DNA from: Ostreococcus lucimarinus
Taxonomy: Eukaryota
Assembly: GCA_000092065.1 (NCBI GenBank)
Contig: CP000594.1
Direction: 5' to 3' (one strand)
Length of the DNA stretch: 64,000 nt
The notes under the pieces were generated by a model. It was not told where the DNA came from. It saw only the letters and a program-made list of their open reading frames with translations, and did no database searches. The position numbers and the translations under genes were made by a program. Positions 19,987 to 29,939 of the stretch are shown here, piece by piece. Numbering within the stretch: the stretch's first letter is position 1; the number at the start of each line of letters is the position of its first letter.

Positions 19987-20940
19987 TTACTGAAACGGCA
20001 AAGAGATGCCGAGCCCCTCGTTACCCGGAGCACGGTACTTCTTCTTGTTCGGAGTCGTCAATCTAAAGCTCTTGATCGTCTCGTCGAACCCACGGGCGAG
20101 CTCGTCCCAGTAAATCTCGGGGGCGCTCGAACTCAGCGTGTACAAGTACCCATCCCGCTCAACCGTCACGCCGTAACTGTGTCGAAACGTCGTCGCCTCC
20201 GGCTCGCGCAAATTCGGTGAGCCTTGCGATATGTACTCGTAGTAATAATACGGCACATCATCGATGACGTTGATGATCGCGTTATCCACCTCGGCCAGAC
20301 TCACGCGCTGTCCGCTCGCCACCCGTCCCGTGGCTTTATCCGCCAGAACCGCGTTCGCCACCTGCTTCGCCGTCCACTCCTTCACGGCTTTCGATTCAAG
20401 CGCTGGGGGCGTGTTGCTCACCGTCACCACCGTCGTCAACGGTCCTTTAAAACTCAACAACTCGTACACGATGCGTTGCCGAGCGTTCGGCGACATCGGC
20501 TCCGCGCTCGAGTACGTATCCCGCTCTCGGCTCACCGCCCAACTGATCGGCTTCCCGCTCTCCGCTTCCACCGCGTACGTGAACTCATACGCCAAACTCT
20601 CGCTCACCACGCGCTTCTTCTCGAGTTCGCGAACCTTCGACGCCGTCGGCGGCGCCGCCGCTTCGATCGCCGCCGCGCCGTCGATCGCCGCGTCGTCCTC
20701 CTCCGCGCGCGCGCCCGGCGCCGAAACGACGCTCGCGACGCTCGCGAGCGAGAGCACGTGCACGAACGCCCGGCGCGAGGGCGCGTTCGCGCGCGCGGTG
20801 TCGTCGCGCGCGTCGTCCCCGACGACGGCTCGACAGGATAGGCCGACGCTCTGGCGCCGCGCGACGGCGCGCGCGGGACGCCTGCGAGCGTCCAAGGACG
20901 CGAAAACGCGCGCGAGCGATGCGCGAGACATCGCAAGCAT
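19987..20940 (-). CDS. PsbP-domain (PsbP-like) thylakoid lumen protein with a twin-arginine (Tat) signal.
   Basis: N-terminal presequence followed by SRRAFVHVLSLASVASVVSAPGARA (RR motif + hydrophobic core + AxA). C-terminal GYLYTLSSSAPEIYWDELARGFDETIKSFRL resembles the conserved PsbP-family C-terminus. Confidence 0.55.
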   Translation of the reverse strand: MLAMSRASLARVFASLDARRRPARAVARRQSVGLSCRAVVGDDARDDTARANAPSRRAFVHVLSLASVASVVSAPGARAEEDDAAIDGAAAIEAAAPPTASKVRELEKKRVVSESLAYEFTYAVEAESGKPISWAVSRERDTYSSAEPMSPNARQRIVYELLSFKGPLTTVVTVSNTPPALESKAVKEWTAKQVANAVLADKATGRVASGQRVSLAEVDNAIINVIDDVPYYYYEYISQGSPNLREPEATTFRHSYGVTVERDGYLYTLSSSAPEIYWDELARGFDETIKSFRLTTPNKKKYRAPGNEGLGISLPFQ

Positions 20941-21044
20941 GTGTGCGGGCGAGGCGGGGGGCGTCGGGAAGTGCGGCGGTTTCGCGGCGGCGACGGCGCG
21001 GCGACGAATTCGCGCTGTGCTTTCGCGCTGCTAATCATAACGTT

Positions 21045-23078
21045 CTAGTTAACTAAGTCGACGTCCACGATCACGGGGATGTGGTCTGATGGAAATTGCG
21101 CGTTTGGTAACGCGGTGTGCGCGAGGACGGCGGACATGTCGGGGAGCGGCGATGTGGCGCGCGACGCGAAATCGCTCGTCGAACACCACACGTAGTCCAA
21201 CGCGCCGACGAATCCGCCGACGTAATTCGTCCATTCGAGGAATCCACCGGCAGAGAACAGTGGTCGCGCGGTTCGCAAGTGTGCGCCACAGCCGATCGGG
21301 ACCGCGCTGGCGTCGGGGACGACGGATGAAGCGAGCGCGGCTTGCTTCGCCGAGACGGCGGCGAAGCCGTCATCCTGCGCTCGCTTAATATCACTAAACG
21401 CGCGACGAGCAATCACGTGGTCGTCGGCATCCATCGTTAACCCAGGCGCGAGTCCACTCTCGCGTCGAAGTGTGAATGCAGCGACGGCGTGACAGTTTTT
21501 CAACGTGCATCCGCATTTGACGTGCTTCTTCACGGCTGCGATTGCGTTTGCGTCGTCGCTCGATTTTTCGTCGCATTTACACGACGCGCCCCACTCTTTA
21601 TCCAGCGTACGAGCGCAAAGAGACATGAAAATACCTCGTTCTGCGAGCGCTCGTAACTCAAAGGTATTGGTGACTTCATCAAAGTTGCGATTGAATGTCT
21701 CGTATCCTGTACCATCGTCACAAATATAGAAGAGATCTCGAGCGGCGTCTCGCGATGACGTCCCGCCCCACCGAAATAGACTACCACGAACCCAATCCTC
21801 GTCACTCGCGGAAATCTCGCCTTTGGTGAGATATCTGATGACGCCATCTTCAGGCTCACCGTTAAAATCGCCGCACAATACGAGTGGATCGCCGGCGGCG
21901 AACGCCGTTGCCCGAGTCGTAAATTCGTGAGCTTGCAAGACTCGTAAGTGCATCGCCCCTGGGTGAAAAAATAAGTGAGTGTTACCGACGCACAACGACT
22001 TGCCGCTCGCGCGTACTTTCACGCGCGCGAGCTGCGCAATGGACGTGATCTTTTTGAGAGCCATAGCCAACTCTGCGTTATCGTCATCCGCGATCCAGCG
22101 CCGCAAAGCTTTGTCTCCGATTTCCGTGAGTTTGATCGCTTCTTCGCGCTCGATGCTTTCAAACTTGCTCAATGCGAAGAACATCGCGCATCCTTCCAAC
22201 GTCTGACCGCTCTTACCGACCCAATCTGTCGCGATATATCCGTTTGCAGTGAGTACGGGCACGAACAACGTTTCGTGGTACTTCTTGTCCACTTCTTGTA
22301 GCGCCACGACGTCGGCTTTTGATCGTAAGATATCTTCCAATACTAGCTGCAAGCGTCGTTCCACTTTAGCCAACGCCGTGTCAAAGTAAGGAAACATCGT
22401 TCCCCAAGTGTGCGCGTACGCATCGGCCAACACGTTGTACGTCATGATACGATAATCCGCCGACGTCTCGGCGCTCGGCTCCAACCGTCGCAACGCCTCC
22501 GACCGATCAACGCCCAGCCGCGTCACAACGTTCGTAAACTCAAACCTCTCGTCCAAAGCCTCAACCGCTAATCTTTTACCGAAATCCTCTTTTGTGGGCG
22601 TGTACACGCGCCCTTGGCCGACGATCTCGCCGTCCGCGTACCATCGCCAGTCGACTTCGTCGTGCTGGCAAAATTCCAATCCGTGCGCGGTCGCTGGAAG
22701 CGGATATCCCACCATGGCGTAGTCCACGCTCGAGCACCCCGCCATCTCCGGCGCATCTAATCGTACGAGATACGATATCCGCGTCTCGCAGTCATCGATC
22801 GTGAGGACGCTTCCCTCGGACCACGCTTCGGCGTGCGTAGCGCTCCCAGCCACCGGCGCCCCGTCGCGCTCGAGCGTCACCGTCGTGGTTCCAGAAGCCG
22901 TCTTTCCCCGCGCCAGCGTTTTCAATAAGCGCTGAAAACTCTTTTCTATCGGTTCCGCCGCGTCGCGATGCAGCGTCTTCGATGTGCCGTCGCGCATCGG
23001 CACTTTTATCGTCACGCGCTGCTTTTCGACAAATCTTTTGACGTCGACGTAAAGTTCGTCGCAGGGCGCGTCGGACAT
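21045..23078 (-). CDS. Endonuclease/exonuclease/phosphatase (EEP) family protein, CCR4/nocturnin/PDE12-like deadenylase-type.
   Basis: EEP motifs YRIMTYNVLADAY, VVALQEVD, GNTHLFFHP, LCGDFNGEP, FPSDHIPVIVDVDL. The ORF-track start (23249) lies only 10 bp from the NRAMP stop codon. I moved the start to the ATG at 23078 (MSDAPCDELYVD...). Confidence 0.7.
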   Translation of the reverse strand: MSDAPCDELYVDVKRFVEKQRVTIKVPMRDGTSKTLHRDAAEPIEKSFQRLLKTLARGKTASGTTTVTLERDGAPVAGSATHAEAWSEGSVLTIDDCETRISYLVRLDAPEMAGCSSVDYAMVGYPLPATAHGLEFCQHDEVDWRWYADGEIVGQGRVYTPTKEDFGKRLAVEALDERFEFTNVVTRLGVDRSEALRRLEPSAETSADYRIMTYNVLADAYAHTWGTMFPYFDTALAKVERRLQLVLEDILRSKADVVALQEVDKKYHETLFVPVLTANGYIATDWVGKSGQTLEGCAMFFALSKFESIEREEAIKLTEIGDKALRRWIADDDNAELAMALKKITSIAQLARVKVRASGKSLCVGNTHLFFHPGAMHLRVLQAHEFTTRATAFAAGDPLVLCGDFNGEPEDGVIRYLTKGEISASDEDWVRGSLFRWGGTSSRDAARDLFYICDDGTGYETFNRNFDEVTNTFELRALAERGIFMSLCARTLDKEWGASCKCDEKSSDDANAIAAVKKHVKCGCTLKNCHAVAAFTLRRESGLAPGLTMDADDHVIARRAFSDIKRAQDDGFAAVSAKQAALASSVVPDASAVPIGCGAHLRTARPLFSAGGFLEWTNYVGGFVGALDYVWCSTSDFASRATSPLPDMSAVLAHTALPNAQFPSDHIPVIVDVDLVN

Positions 23079-23258
23079 CGCGGACGAAGGCTTCGAACGC
23101 GCCGCGACGCGCGTTTGACGATGGCGCGAATCGGGGCGAGGGAGACGGGCGGTGACGAGGGATGCGCCTCGCGGCATTGACGAGCGCGCGAGTGCGGCGG
23201 CGGCTGGACTGGAGCGCCGTCTATTCATAATAAAAATAATCTCTATCACGTTTGCCCG

Positions 23259-24968
23259 TCAGAGCGAGTACACCGCGGCGGTGGCGGGATCCGGTAATAA
23301 GTCATCGTTGTTCCACATCGCGTCGTCGAGCTCTTCGTCGGATAAGTTGGCGTCGCCGGGACGCTTCATGCGAACCGACGTGCGCGCGCTCAGATTTTGA
23401 TGCACGGGTCGCAAGGTGAGGTAGAGGAGGGTCGCGATGTATACGCCGAGCATGCTGAAGATGATGAGACCTAAGAACACACCCGCGAAAGAGCCCCACA
23501 CGAGCTTAGACTCGACGATGGCCGTGGAGATCAAAATCACGTTGGCGCCGATGATTCCGCCGGAGAGCCAGATGGTGTAACGCAACCGCTTCGCCGACAC
23601 CGCCATGGGACCCATGATTCGCTCGCTCGCGGTGAACTTGATGAGGGGAATCAGCGCATACGGGAGCTGTATCGCTAAAATTGTTGATGATATCACGATC
23701 AAGGACTCGGAGTACTTATCGCCAGCGGCCAAAACGACGATTAAAGACGGCACGATGGCGCACATGCGCGTCACAAACGCTCGAAGCACCGGGTTGACAC
23801 GAAGCTCCAAGAACCCATCCATGACGAACTGACCGGCATACGTTCCAGTAATAGTGGAACTTTGCCCCGACGCGAGCAGCGCGGCGGCGAAGAAACCTTT
23901 CGCCGCCGTGCCGAGCACCTCCTTCAACATTTGCGGCGCGTACTGCAACGGACGCTCGCGCACCTGGCGCATTTCCTCCGGATCGGTCAAGTGCGCGTAA
24001 TTCGACGCCGCGACGATGACGACGGCGAAGTTGATGAACAACGACACCGAGAGCGCCATCCCAGACTCGACGATATTGTACTTGTACGCCATCCTCAGAC
24101 TCTTTTCGCCTAAACTAAACCCGCGGCTCAACACCAGAGCGCTGTGCAAGAATAAATTATGCGGCATCACCACGGCGCCGACGAGAGATACGGCGATATA
24201 CAGCGCCTTGCTTCCCGGCAATCGAGGCAACACAATCCCCGCCACCACAGAGGACGCTTTCGCGTCCACAAACGTGACTTCAGCCAAGAAACACAACGAC
24301 ATCACGCCGACGAGCGCCGCCATGAACGCCTCCAACTTTCGCACCCCGAACGACTGCAACCCCAAAAACACCATCGTCGACATCGACGTCAGCACCACTC
24401 CCACCCACGTGGGAATTCCAAATATCAATTTCAGCGCCAACGCCGTGCCGATGACCTCCGGAACATCGCTCGCGATGATCGCCAGTTCCGTCATCGCCCA
24501 CAGCGCGTACCGCGTCGGGTCCGGATACTCCTCCCGCATGCACCGCGCCAGGTCCCACCCCGTCGCCAGCGCCAGCCGTATCGTCAGACCTTGTATGTAC
24601 CACCCCCCCAGCGTCGCCCAGAGCAACACCCAGAGCAATTTATACCCGAACAGCGTTCCCGCCTGCAAGTCGCTCTCAAAGTTCCCCGGATCCACGTACG
24701 CGATGCACATCAAAAATCCCGGTCCCATGAACCGCCACAGCGTCTTCAGGTTGAACCGATGATCGTCGTCGTCCAGGCCCTCGATCTCGACCCCCGCCGC
24801 GGCGCGCCGCGCCCCGTCCTCGCCTTTCGCGCGCGCGCCGTCGCCGCGCGCGTGCCATCGCGTCCCCGTCCCCGCCGTCGTCGTCCCGCCGTCGTCGTCG
24901 CCCTCGTGCGACCGCGCGGCGCGCGCGGCGCCGTCGAGCACCGGCGCGTCGTCGCGGTCGTCCTCCAT
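23259..24968 (-). CDS. NRAMP: NRAMP-family divalent metal (Mn2+/Fe2+) transporter.
   Basis: MGPGFLMCIAYVDPGNFESDLQAGTLFGYKLLWVLLWATLGG... (DPGN motif) and multiple TM segments throughout. ATG at 24968 checked. Confidence 0.9.
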   Translation of the reverse strand: MEDDRDDAPVLDGAARAARSHEGDDDGGTTTAGTGTRWHARGDGARAKGEDGARRAAAGVEIEGLDDDDHRFNLKTLWRFMGPGFLMCIAYVDPGNFESDLQAGTLFGYKLLWVLLWATLGGWYIQGLTIRLALATGWDLARCMREEYPDPTRYALWAMTELAIIASDVPEVIGTALALKLIFGIPTWVGVVLTSMSTMVFLGLQSFGVRKLEAFMAALVGVMSLCFLAEVTFVDAKASSVVAGIVLPRLPGSKALYIAVSLVGAVVMPHNLFLHSALVLSRGFSLGEKSLRMAYKYNIVESGMALSVSLFINFAVVIVAASNYAHLTDPEEMRQVRERPLQYAPQMLKEVLGTAAKGFFAAALLASGQSSTITGTYAGQFVMDGFLELRVNPVLRAFVTRMCAIVPSLIVVLAAGDKYSESLIVISSTILAIQLPYALIPLIKFTASERIMGPMAVSAKRLRYTIWLSGGIIGANVILISTAIVESKLVWGSFAGVFLGLIIFSMLGVYIATLLYLTLRPVHQNLSARTSVRMKRPGDANLSDEELDDAMWNNDDLLPDPATAAVYSL

Positions 24969-25634
24969 CGCGCGCGCGCGTCGGCGCGCCGTCGCGGTGT
25001 CGCGCCGCGGTGTCGCGCCCGCGGTCTCGTCCCGAGCCTACAACACGGACGACTCGCACACCTCGACGCGCGCGACGCCGCCGCGCGACGCCGCACACGC
25101 GCGCGCGCCGCGCGCGGACCTCGCGCGCGACGTTCCTCGCGCGCGCGGCGTCCCGAAGCGCGCGCGCGATCGCGCGACGCGACGCGACGGCGACCGAACG
25201 CGATCGGTTCGCGCTTTGAATCGTCGCGACGACGACGATGTCGACGTCGCCGACGCGACGATCCTCGCGACGAGGCGCGCCGACGCCCGACGGCGAGACG
25301 ATGGACGATGGAGGCGGAATCGCGCGCGACGCGCGCGCGGCGGCGTCGCGGGCGAACGTGAAGGTGCGATTCGATTTCGGAAACCTTTTGAGAATTTGAA
25401 TTTCGGACGGCGACCGACGCCGAGCGGAGGCGCGCGCGGATCGAGGATCGAGCGAGGCGCGCGATCGGCGCGCGGCGGAGACGGCGGTGGACGACGGGCG
25501 CGAAAGCGCGGGCGCGATGGGGCGGCGCGCGGGAGGGATCGGACGGGCGGGGAAGACTGACGGCGACGCGCGCTCGAAATCGACAGGTCGAGACGGAGGA
25601 GGGGAAGGAGGACGCGCTGGGACGAGGACGGCGG

Positions 25635-27908
25635 GTGCGAACGGCGAAGCTCGAGACGGGGGACGATGGAAGGAACGGGAGCTCGACGCGCGCGGGGTCG
25701 TCGACGCCGAAACGGGGGAGTTCGGTGGAGAACGAGCCGGCGTCGAAGAGCGACGGGACGACGACGGTTTCGGCGTTGAGCGTGCTCGGCGTGCAGGCGC
25801 CGCGAGTCGTGGGTAAGCGAACGCCCAGGAAGCCGTCGAGCGCGTACGTTAACTTTGAAAATGCGGCGGAGGTTCTAGTTTCGCTGTCGCCGCAGATCAA
25901 CCGCGAAGCGGTTCGCGCGGCGCAGCAAAATAGCCCGAGTAGGAGCTACGCGACGAAGAGTCAAATCGCGGACTTGGCGTTGGGTAACGTGACGACGCCC
26001 AGACGAAAGCGCGCGCGGGCGTTGTTCCCGGATGAAGTGTTCACGACGAGCACGGCGAACGGTTCATCGCCCGCTAGAAGGAAGAAGCCGATGTCGGCGG
26101 CGGATGAAGACACGCTCTACGGCGCTCTAGACGGATTGATGACGCTCGCAGAGAACGTCGCGGCTCCATCGCCGCAACAGACGGATAGCATGAAGAAGAA
26201 ACGTAAGCAAGGTAGTGGACGACCGCGCGGCTCGTACGGGTCACCTTCACGCCACCTGCCGCCGTTACCGAAGTATGCGCTCAAGCCGACGCCGATGCCG
26301 GTCGGGAAGAAGATGTTGAAGATAAACAGGCCTCGGCGCCACGTTTCGCGCGAGATCGAATCTGTTGGTCTCGGCGCGGCGTCCTCACTCTTTCACGATC
26401 ATCGTCTGAGCGAAACGGCTGAGGCGACGACGACGACGCAAGGAGACAACCGGGCGCGTTTGCTCATCGGTGCGCACGATCCGTTGACGAGACGCTGGGC
26501 AAACGCCAACTTCTTCACCGCTGGTACGGACAAGGGCTGGTTTGAAGACAGTGGCTTCTCACGATGGTTGCAGCACATTGGTAAAGGCGATATGCGCGTC
26601 GCTACGCGCGAAGAATGGCAAAAAGTCCGTCGAAAATTACCAAAGACGAGACGCCTTTCGCTCAAATTTTTGAAGGACGAGCGTGTGGACTTGGAGTATT
26701 TCCGACACGCCGCGCGCGAGATGACAAACTTGAAATTGCACGGTACGGTTCTAACGGATGAGCTTAAGGCCTTAATGCTCAAGTGGACGGGTGGCGTTCC
26801 GGTCCCGTCGCCGCTCGAAGTCGGGCAAACGGTGTTGGCGGTGCATCCCCGATTCCATTCGCCGTACATAGGAAACATATTGATTGTCGAGCGCGCCACC
26901 TGTCGCGTACAATTTGCACGTCCAGAACTCGGTGTCGAGCTCGTCCGAGACATCGATATCATGCCAGTAGACGCCAACCAAGAAGAGATGGATCTGATTG
27001 CTGCGGGGACCGCGGAACAAATCGAAAACGAAGCCTTCAACGCTGGTTTCCGAGGAATTTACGATCCGCTGCCGGTGGTCGGTGGCGGTGGCCACGCCTA
27101 CGGCGCCGGCGTCGCAGTTGCCGCACAAATGCGTGAGATGGACGTCCGTTTGCTCAACGAAGCTCAACAAGCTCTCGAGCGCAAGCGCGAGCTCGTCGAT
27201 GCGTTGCGGATGAAGAATGACGCCGCGGAGGAGTTCAAAAAGAAACCAGAACGCGTCAAGCAAGCGGCGGAGACGAACGGCGAAGCGCTTAAATTCCAAC
27301 GAGAATACGCCGCCATCGTTCTCGCCTTGCGCGGCGCCAACGCGGAGTTGGAGGGTGCTTTAGTTCGCTTGCGGCAGCAACAGGGATATCACGACAAACC
27401 CCTCGGGTTGTGGCGGAAAATCAAGAGTCAGAATTTGGGCGACGGTCATCGCGCTCTCTCTCGATTCGCCCCACCATCCGCGACGCCGAGCTCGGACGAA
27501 CTCTACGCTTCGACGGCGGAAGACATCGTCGCCACCGCCGGCATGGGCGCTCGTCGCATCGTTTACCACGTGCAAACCACCACCAACGCCGGCGCCGAGA
27601 GCACGGCGACGCTCAATCCGAGTCTCCAGGAACCTCTCGGAACCGGCGCCACTAAGTCCGATCTCCCTCCCACCGCCGCCGACGTCGACGCCGAAAAGCT
27701 CAAAGTCACCCAGCTCGTCACCGCCATCGTCCAGGCCGCGCTCACCATCAAAGCCTGCGCCGACCGCGGCGCCAGCGCGAGCGTCCTCGACGCCTGCCTC
27801 CGCCGCGTTTCCGATTCCCTTCGCCCCGTCGCCGTGAGCAATCGCGCCGCTTTCGACGCCGTCGAGCGCGCTCTCAAAGACCTTCGCGACGTCTTTCTCA
27901 TCCGTTGA
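25635..27908 (+). CDS. LIN9: LIN9 / ALWAYS EARLY (ALY) homolog with a DIRP domain; DREAM/MuvB complex subunit.
   Basis: DIRP-like region RRWANANFFTAGTDKGWFEDSGFSRWLQHIGKGDMRVATREEWQKVRRKLPKTRRLSLKFLKDERVDLEYFR. Downstream blocks (GQTVLAVHPRFHSPYIGNILIVERATCRVQFARPELGVELVRDIDIMPV; FQREYAAIVLALRGANAELEGALVRLRQQQ) parallel human LIN9, from memory. The start is uncertain. Confidence 0.65.
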   Translation: MRTAKLETGDDGRNGSSTRAGSSTPKRGSSVENEPASKSDGTTTVSALSVLGVQAPRVVGKRTPRKPSSAYVNFENAAEVLVSLSPQINREAVRAAQQNSPSRSYATKSQIADLALGNVTTPRRKRARALFPDEVFTTSTANGSSPARRKKPMSAADEDTLYGALDGLMTLAENVAAPSPQQTDSMKKKRKQGSGRPRGSYGSPSRHLPPLPKYALKPTPMPVGKKMLKINRPRRHVSREIESVGLGAASSLFHDHRLSETAEATTTTQGDNRARLLIGAHDPLTRRWANANFFTAGTDKGWFEDSGFSRWLQHIGKGDMRVATREEWQKVRRKLPKTRRLSLKFLKDERVDLEYFRHAAREMTNLKLHGTVLTDELKALMLKWTGGVPVPSPLEVGQTVLAVHPRFHSPYIGNILIVERATCRVQFARPELGVELVRDIDIMPVDANQEEMDLIAAGTAEQIENEAFNAGFRGIYDPLPVVGGGGHAYGAGVAVAAQMREMDVRLLNEAQQALERKRELVDALRMKNDAAEEFKKKPERVKQAAETNGEALKFQREYAAIVLALRGANAELEGALVRLRQQQGYHDKPLGLWRKIKSQNLGDGHRALSRFAPPSATPSSDELYASTAEDIVATAGMGARRIVYHVQTTTNAGAESTATLNPSLQEPLGTGATKSDLPPTAADVDAEKLKVTQLVTAIVQAALTIKACADRGASASVLDACLRRVSDSLRPVAVSNRAAFDAVERALKDLRDVFLIR

Positions 27909-28026
27909 CGCTTTTAACCACCACCCGCATCCCTGCGTCCCAATCCGCGCGCGCACCGTCAAAACGCGCCGCGCGCGCCGTCGCCGCGTCCGAGTCCCGC
28001 GAGAGCTAAAAGCGCGCGACGCCATC

Positions 28027-29205
28027 ATGCGCGCGAGCGTCGCTTCCGGCGCCGTCGCCGCCGCCGCGCGTCGCGCGTCGTTCCGGAATTCCGTCGACAA
28101 TTCAGTGGCGTCCCTGCGACGACCGAAGCGCGTCGCGACGAGCGCGCGTCGACGCCGATCGTCGACACCGCGCGCGCACCACGGACCGATGACCAATCTG
28201 CAGTTCACGCCGGACAGCGCGCTCGCGGGAGGGCTGATTTTGGGGTCGATGGTGGTGGCGAAGCGATTGAATTCGGGACGCAATTTGGGCGTGAGCGGGG
28301 ACACCAAGGCGTTCGCGCGAGGCGAGGGTCGAGCGACGAGCGCGGCGTTTTTGATCGGACTGCTCGCGGCGGGATACGCGGCACCGATGATTCTGGGCGC
28401 GCAGGCGGCGGTGCCGATGGTGGACGCGACGCGAGCCATCGCGGCGGGCGCGCTCGTCGGAGCGGGGAGCTCGCTCGGAGGCGGGTGCACGAGCGGACAC
28501 GGAATCTCTGGGATCGGACGATTGGACGTGCGAAGCGTGGCGTTCACGTGCGTGTTCATGGTCGTCGGTGCGATCACGGTCGCGGCGACGGGAACGATGG
28601 ATGAGTTACACGTGTCGCAAGCGACGAAGACGATCGACATGCTCGCGCGCTCGCCCGAGGCGAAAACGATTTTGTACGCCAAAATTTTCGCCGCCGGTGC
28701 GGCTGTCCAAGGCGTGCTCTACGCGCTCGCTAAGCGTGAGGGCGGAGGAATCACGGACGTCGTGAAGAAGCTCGAGCTCGTGAGCGAGTCCGTCGCCGGA
28801 CTGTTTTTCGGTCTCGGTCTCGTCGTGAGCGGGATGACGAATCCGGCGAAAGTCGCCGGTTTTCTCGCAGTCACCACTCAAGCTTTCGATCCGTCCTTGA
28901 TGTTCGTCATGGGCGGCGCGCTCGCCCTCGTGGTTGTTTCTATGTTCCTCGCGAAGAATGCCTTGGGCGTCTCTCGTCCGGCCATGGCGCGAGAGTTCTC
29001 GACTACTCCGAAGTACGTCGACAAGTCTGTTTTGATCGGAGGCGCGCTCTTCGGCGCTGGCTGGGGCTTGGGCGGCGTTTGCCCCGGCCCGGGCCTCGTC
29101 AATCTCGTTCTGAACTCCGGTCGCGAGATCACGCTCTGGTGCGTCGCGTACTTTGCCGCGCAAGCCGTCCAACAAAAGCTCTCCTCCCAGTACTCTCTCG
29201 AATAA
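28027..29205 (+). CDS. YeeE/YedE-family membrane protein (putative thiosulfate/sulfur-compound transporter) with an organellar presequence.
   Basis: Two YeeE/YedE repeats containing the conserved Cys motifs (GGGCTSGHGISGIGRL and GLGGVCPGPGLVNL). Polytopic. Arg/Ser-rich N-terminal extension. Confidence 0.7.
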   Translation: MRASVASGAVAAAARRASFRNSVDNSVASLRRPKRVATSARRRRSSTPRAHHGPMTNLQFTPDSALAGGLILGSMVVAKRLNSGRNLGVSGDTKAFARGEGRATSAAFLIGLLAAGYAAPMILGAQAAVPMVDATRAIAAGALVGAGSSLGGGCTSGHGISGIGRLDVRSVAFTCVFMVVGAITVAATGTMDELHVSQATKTIDMLARSPEAKTILYAKIFAAGAAVQGVLYALAKREGGGITDVVKKLELVSESVAGLFFGLGLVVSGMTNPAKVAGFLAVTTQAFDPSLMFVMGGALALVVVSMFLAKNALGVSRPAMAREFSTTPKYVDKSVLIGGALFGAGWGLGGVCPGPGLVNLVLNSGREITLWCVAYFAAQAVQQKLSSQYSLE

Positions 29206-29271
29206 CCGCCGTCCCGCGGCTGCAATACCAAACTTCACAACGTACCCTCACACCCCCGCGCGCGCGGCGCC

Positions 29272-29712
29272 GTGCGATCAGCGATGCTCTCGACGCGCGC
29301 GCGAGCGGCGCCGCCCTCCTTCGCGCGCGTCTCGAGCCGCTCGCGTCGCGCTCGCGTCCCCGCGGCGTCGCCGCGCGCCGTCGAGTTCGGCGCGCGGGAC
29401 ATCGCTTCCCTTCCTCGCGTCGCCGCGTCGTTCGCATCCGCCGGAAAACTAAAGTCGCCGGCGCCCCAGCGCGCGTCTCGCGACGTCAAAGCCCGCGGCG
29501 TGCCCGTTCTCTCGTCGCTTCCGCTCGTCGGCTGGGCGTTTTCGTCCCCAGTCGTGCTCGTGGTCTACGTTTTCGTCGCGATTAGGATGTATCTCGGCTA
29601 CGACAGGACCACGTTCGGAAGCGGCGTGCCCAAGATCGCCATGTGCGGCCTGTGGCCCGTCTTGGCCGCGCTATCGGCGTCGTTTCGCGAGAATTTAAAG
29701 CGCTCTTTGTAA
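29272..29712 (+). CDS. Hypothetical small organelle-targeted membrane protein (146 aa).
   Basis: Presequence-like N-terminus and two hydrophobic helices (LPLVGWAFSSPVVLVVYVFVAI; IAMCGLWPVLAALSASF). Lies in very GC-rich DNA, so it may not be real. Confidence 0.3.
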   Translation: MRSAMLSTRARAAPPSFARVSSRSRRARVPAASPRAVEFGARDIASLPRVAASFASAGKLKSPAPQRASRDVKARGVPVLSSLPLVGWAFSSPVVLVVYVFVAIRMYLGYDRTTFGSGVPKIAMCGLWPVLAALSASFRENLKRSL

Positions 29713-29939
29713 GACTTGAGGATTTGAATGCGCCCGGGACAGGCGTCAGAACGCGACGCGACGTCGCGTCGTCGCGCGCGCGTCGTCGGACCCGCGCGCG
29801 CGCTCGAAGGCGGAAAAGACTCGCGCGCGCGATCGCGCGCGCTCGAACTCGCGCGAATCGCGACGCGCGCGTCGATAGGCGCGCGTGAACGTCGACGCGC
29901 GGTGACAGTTGCGTCGAGTAAATCGCCGCGCGGCGGCGC

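Noticed and set aside
24159-25361. 400-aa plus-strand ORF and 384-aa minus-strand ORF (24746-25900), extremely Arg-rich
   Set aside because: They overlap the NRAMP coding region in antisense or lie in the CGCG-dense NRAMP/LIN9 divergent spacer. Low-complexity only.
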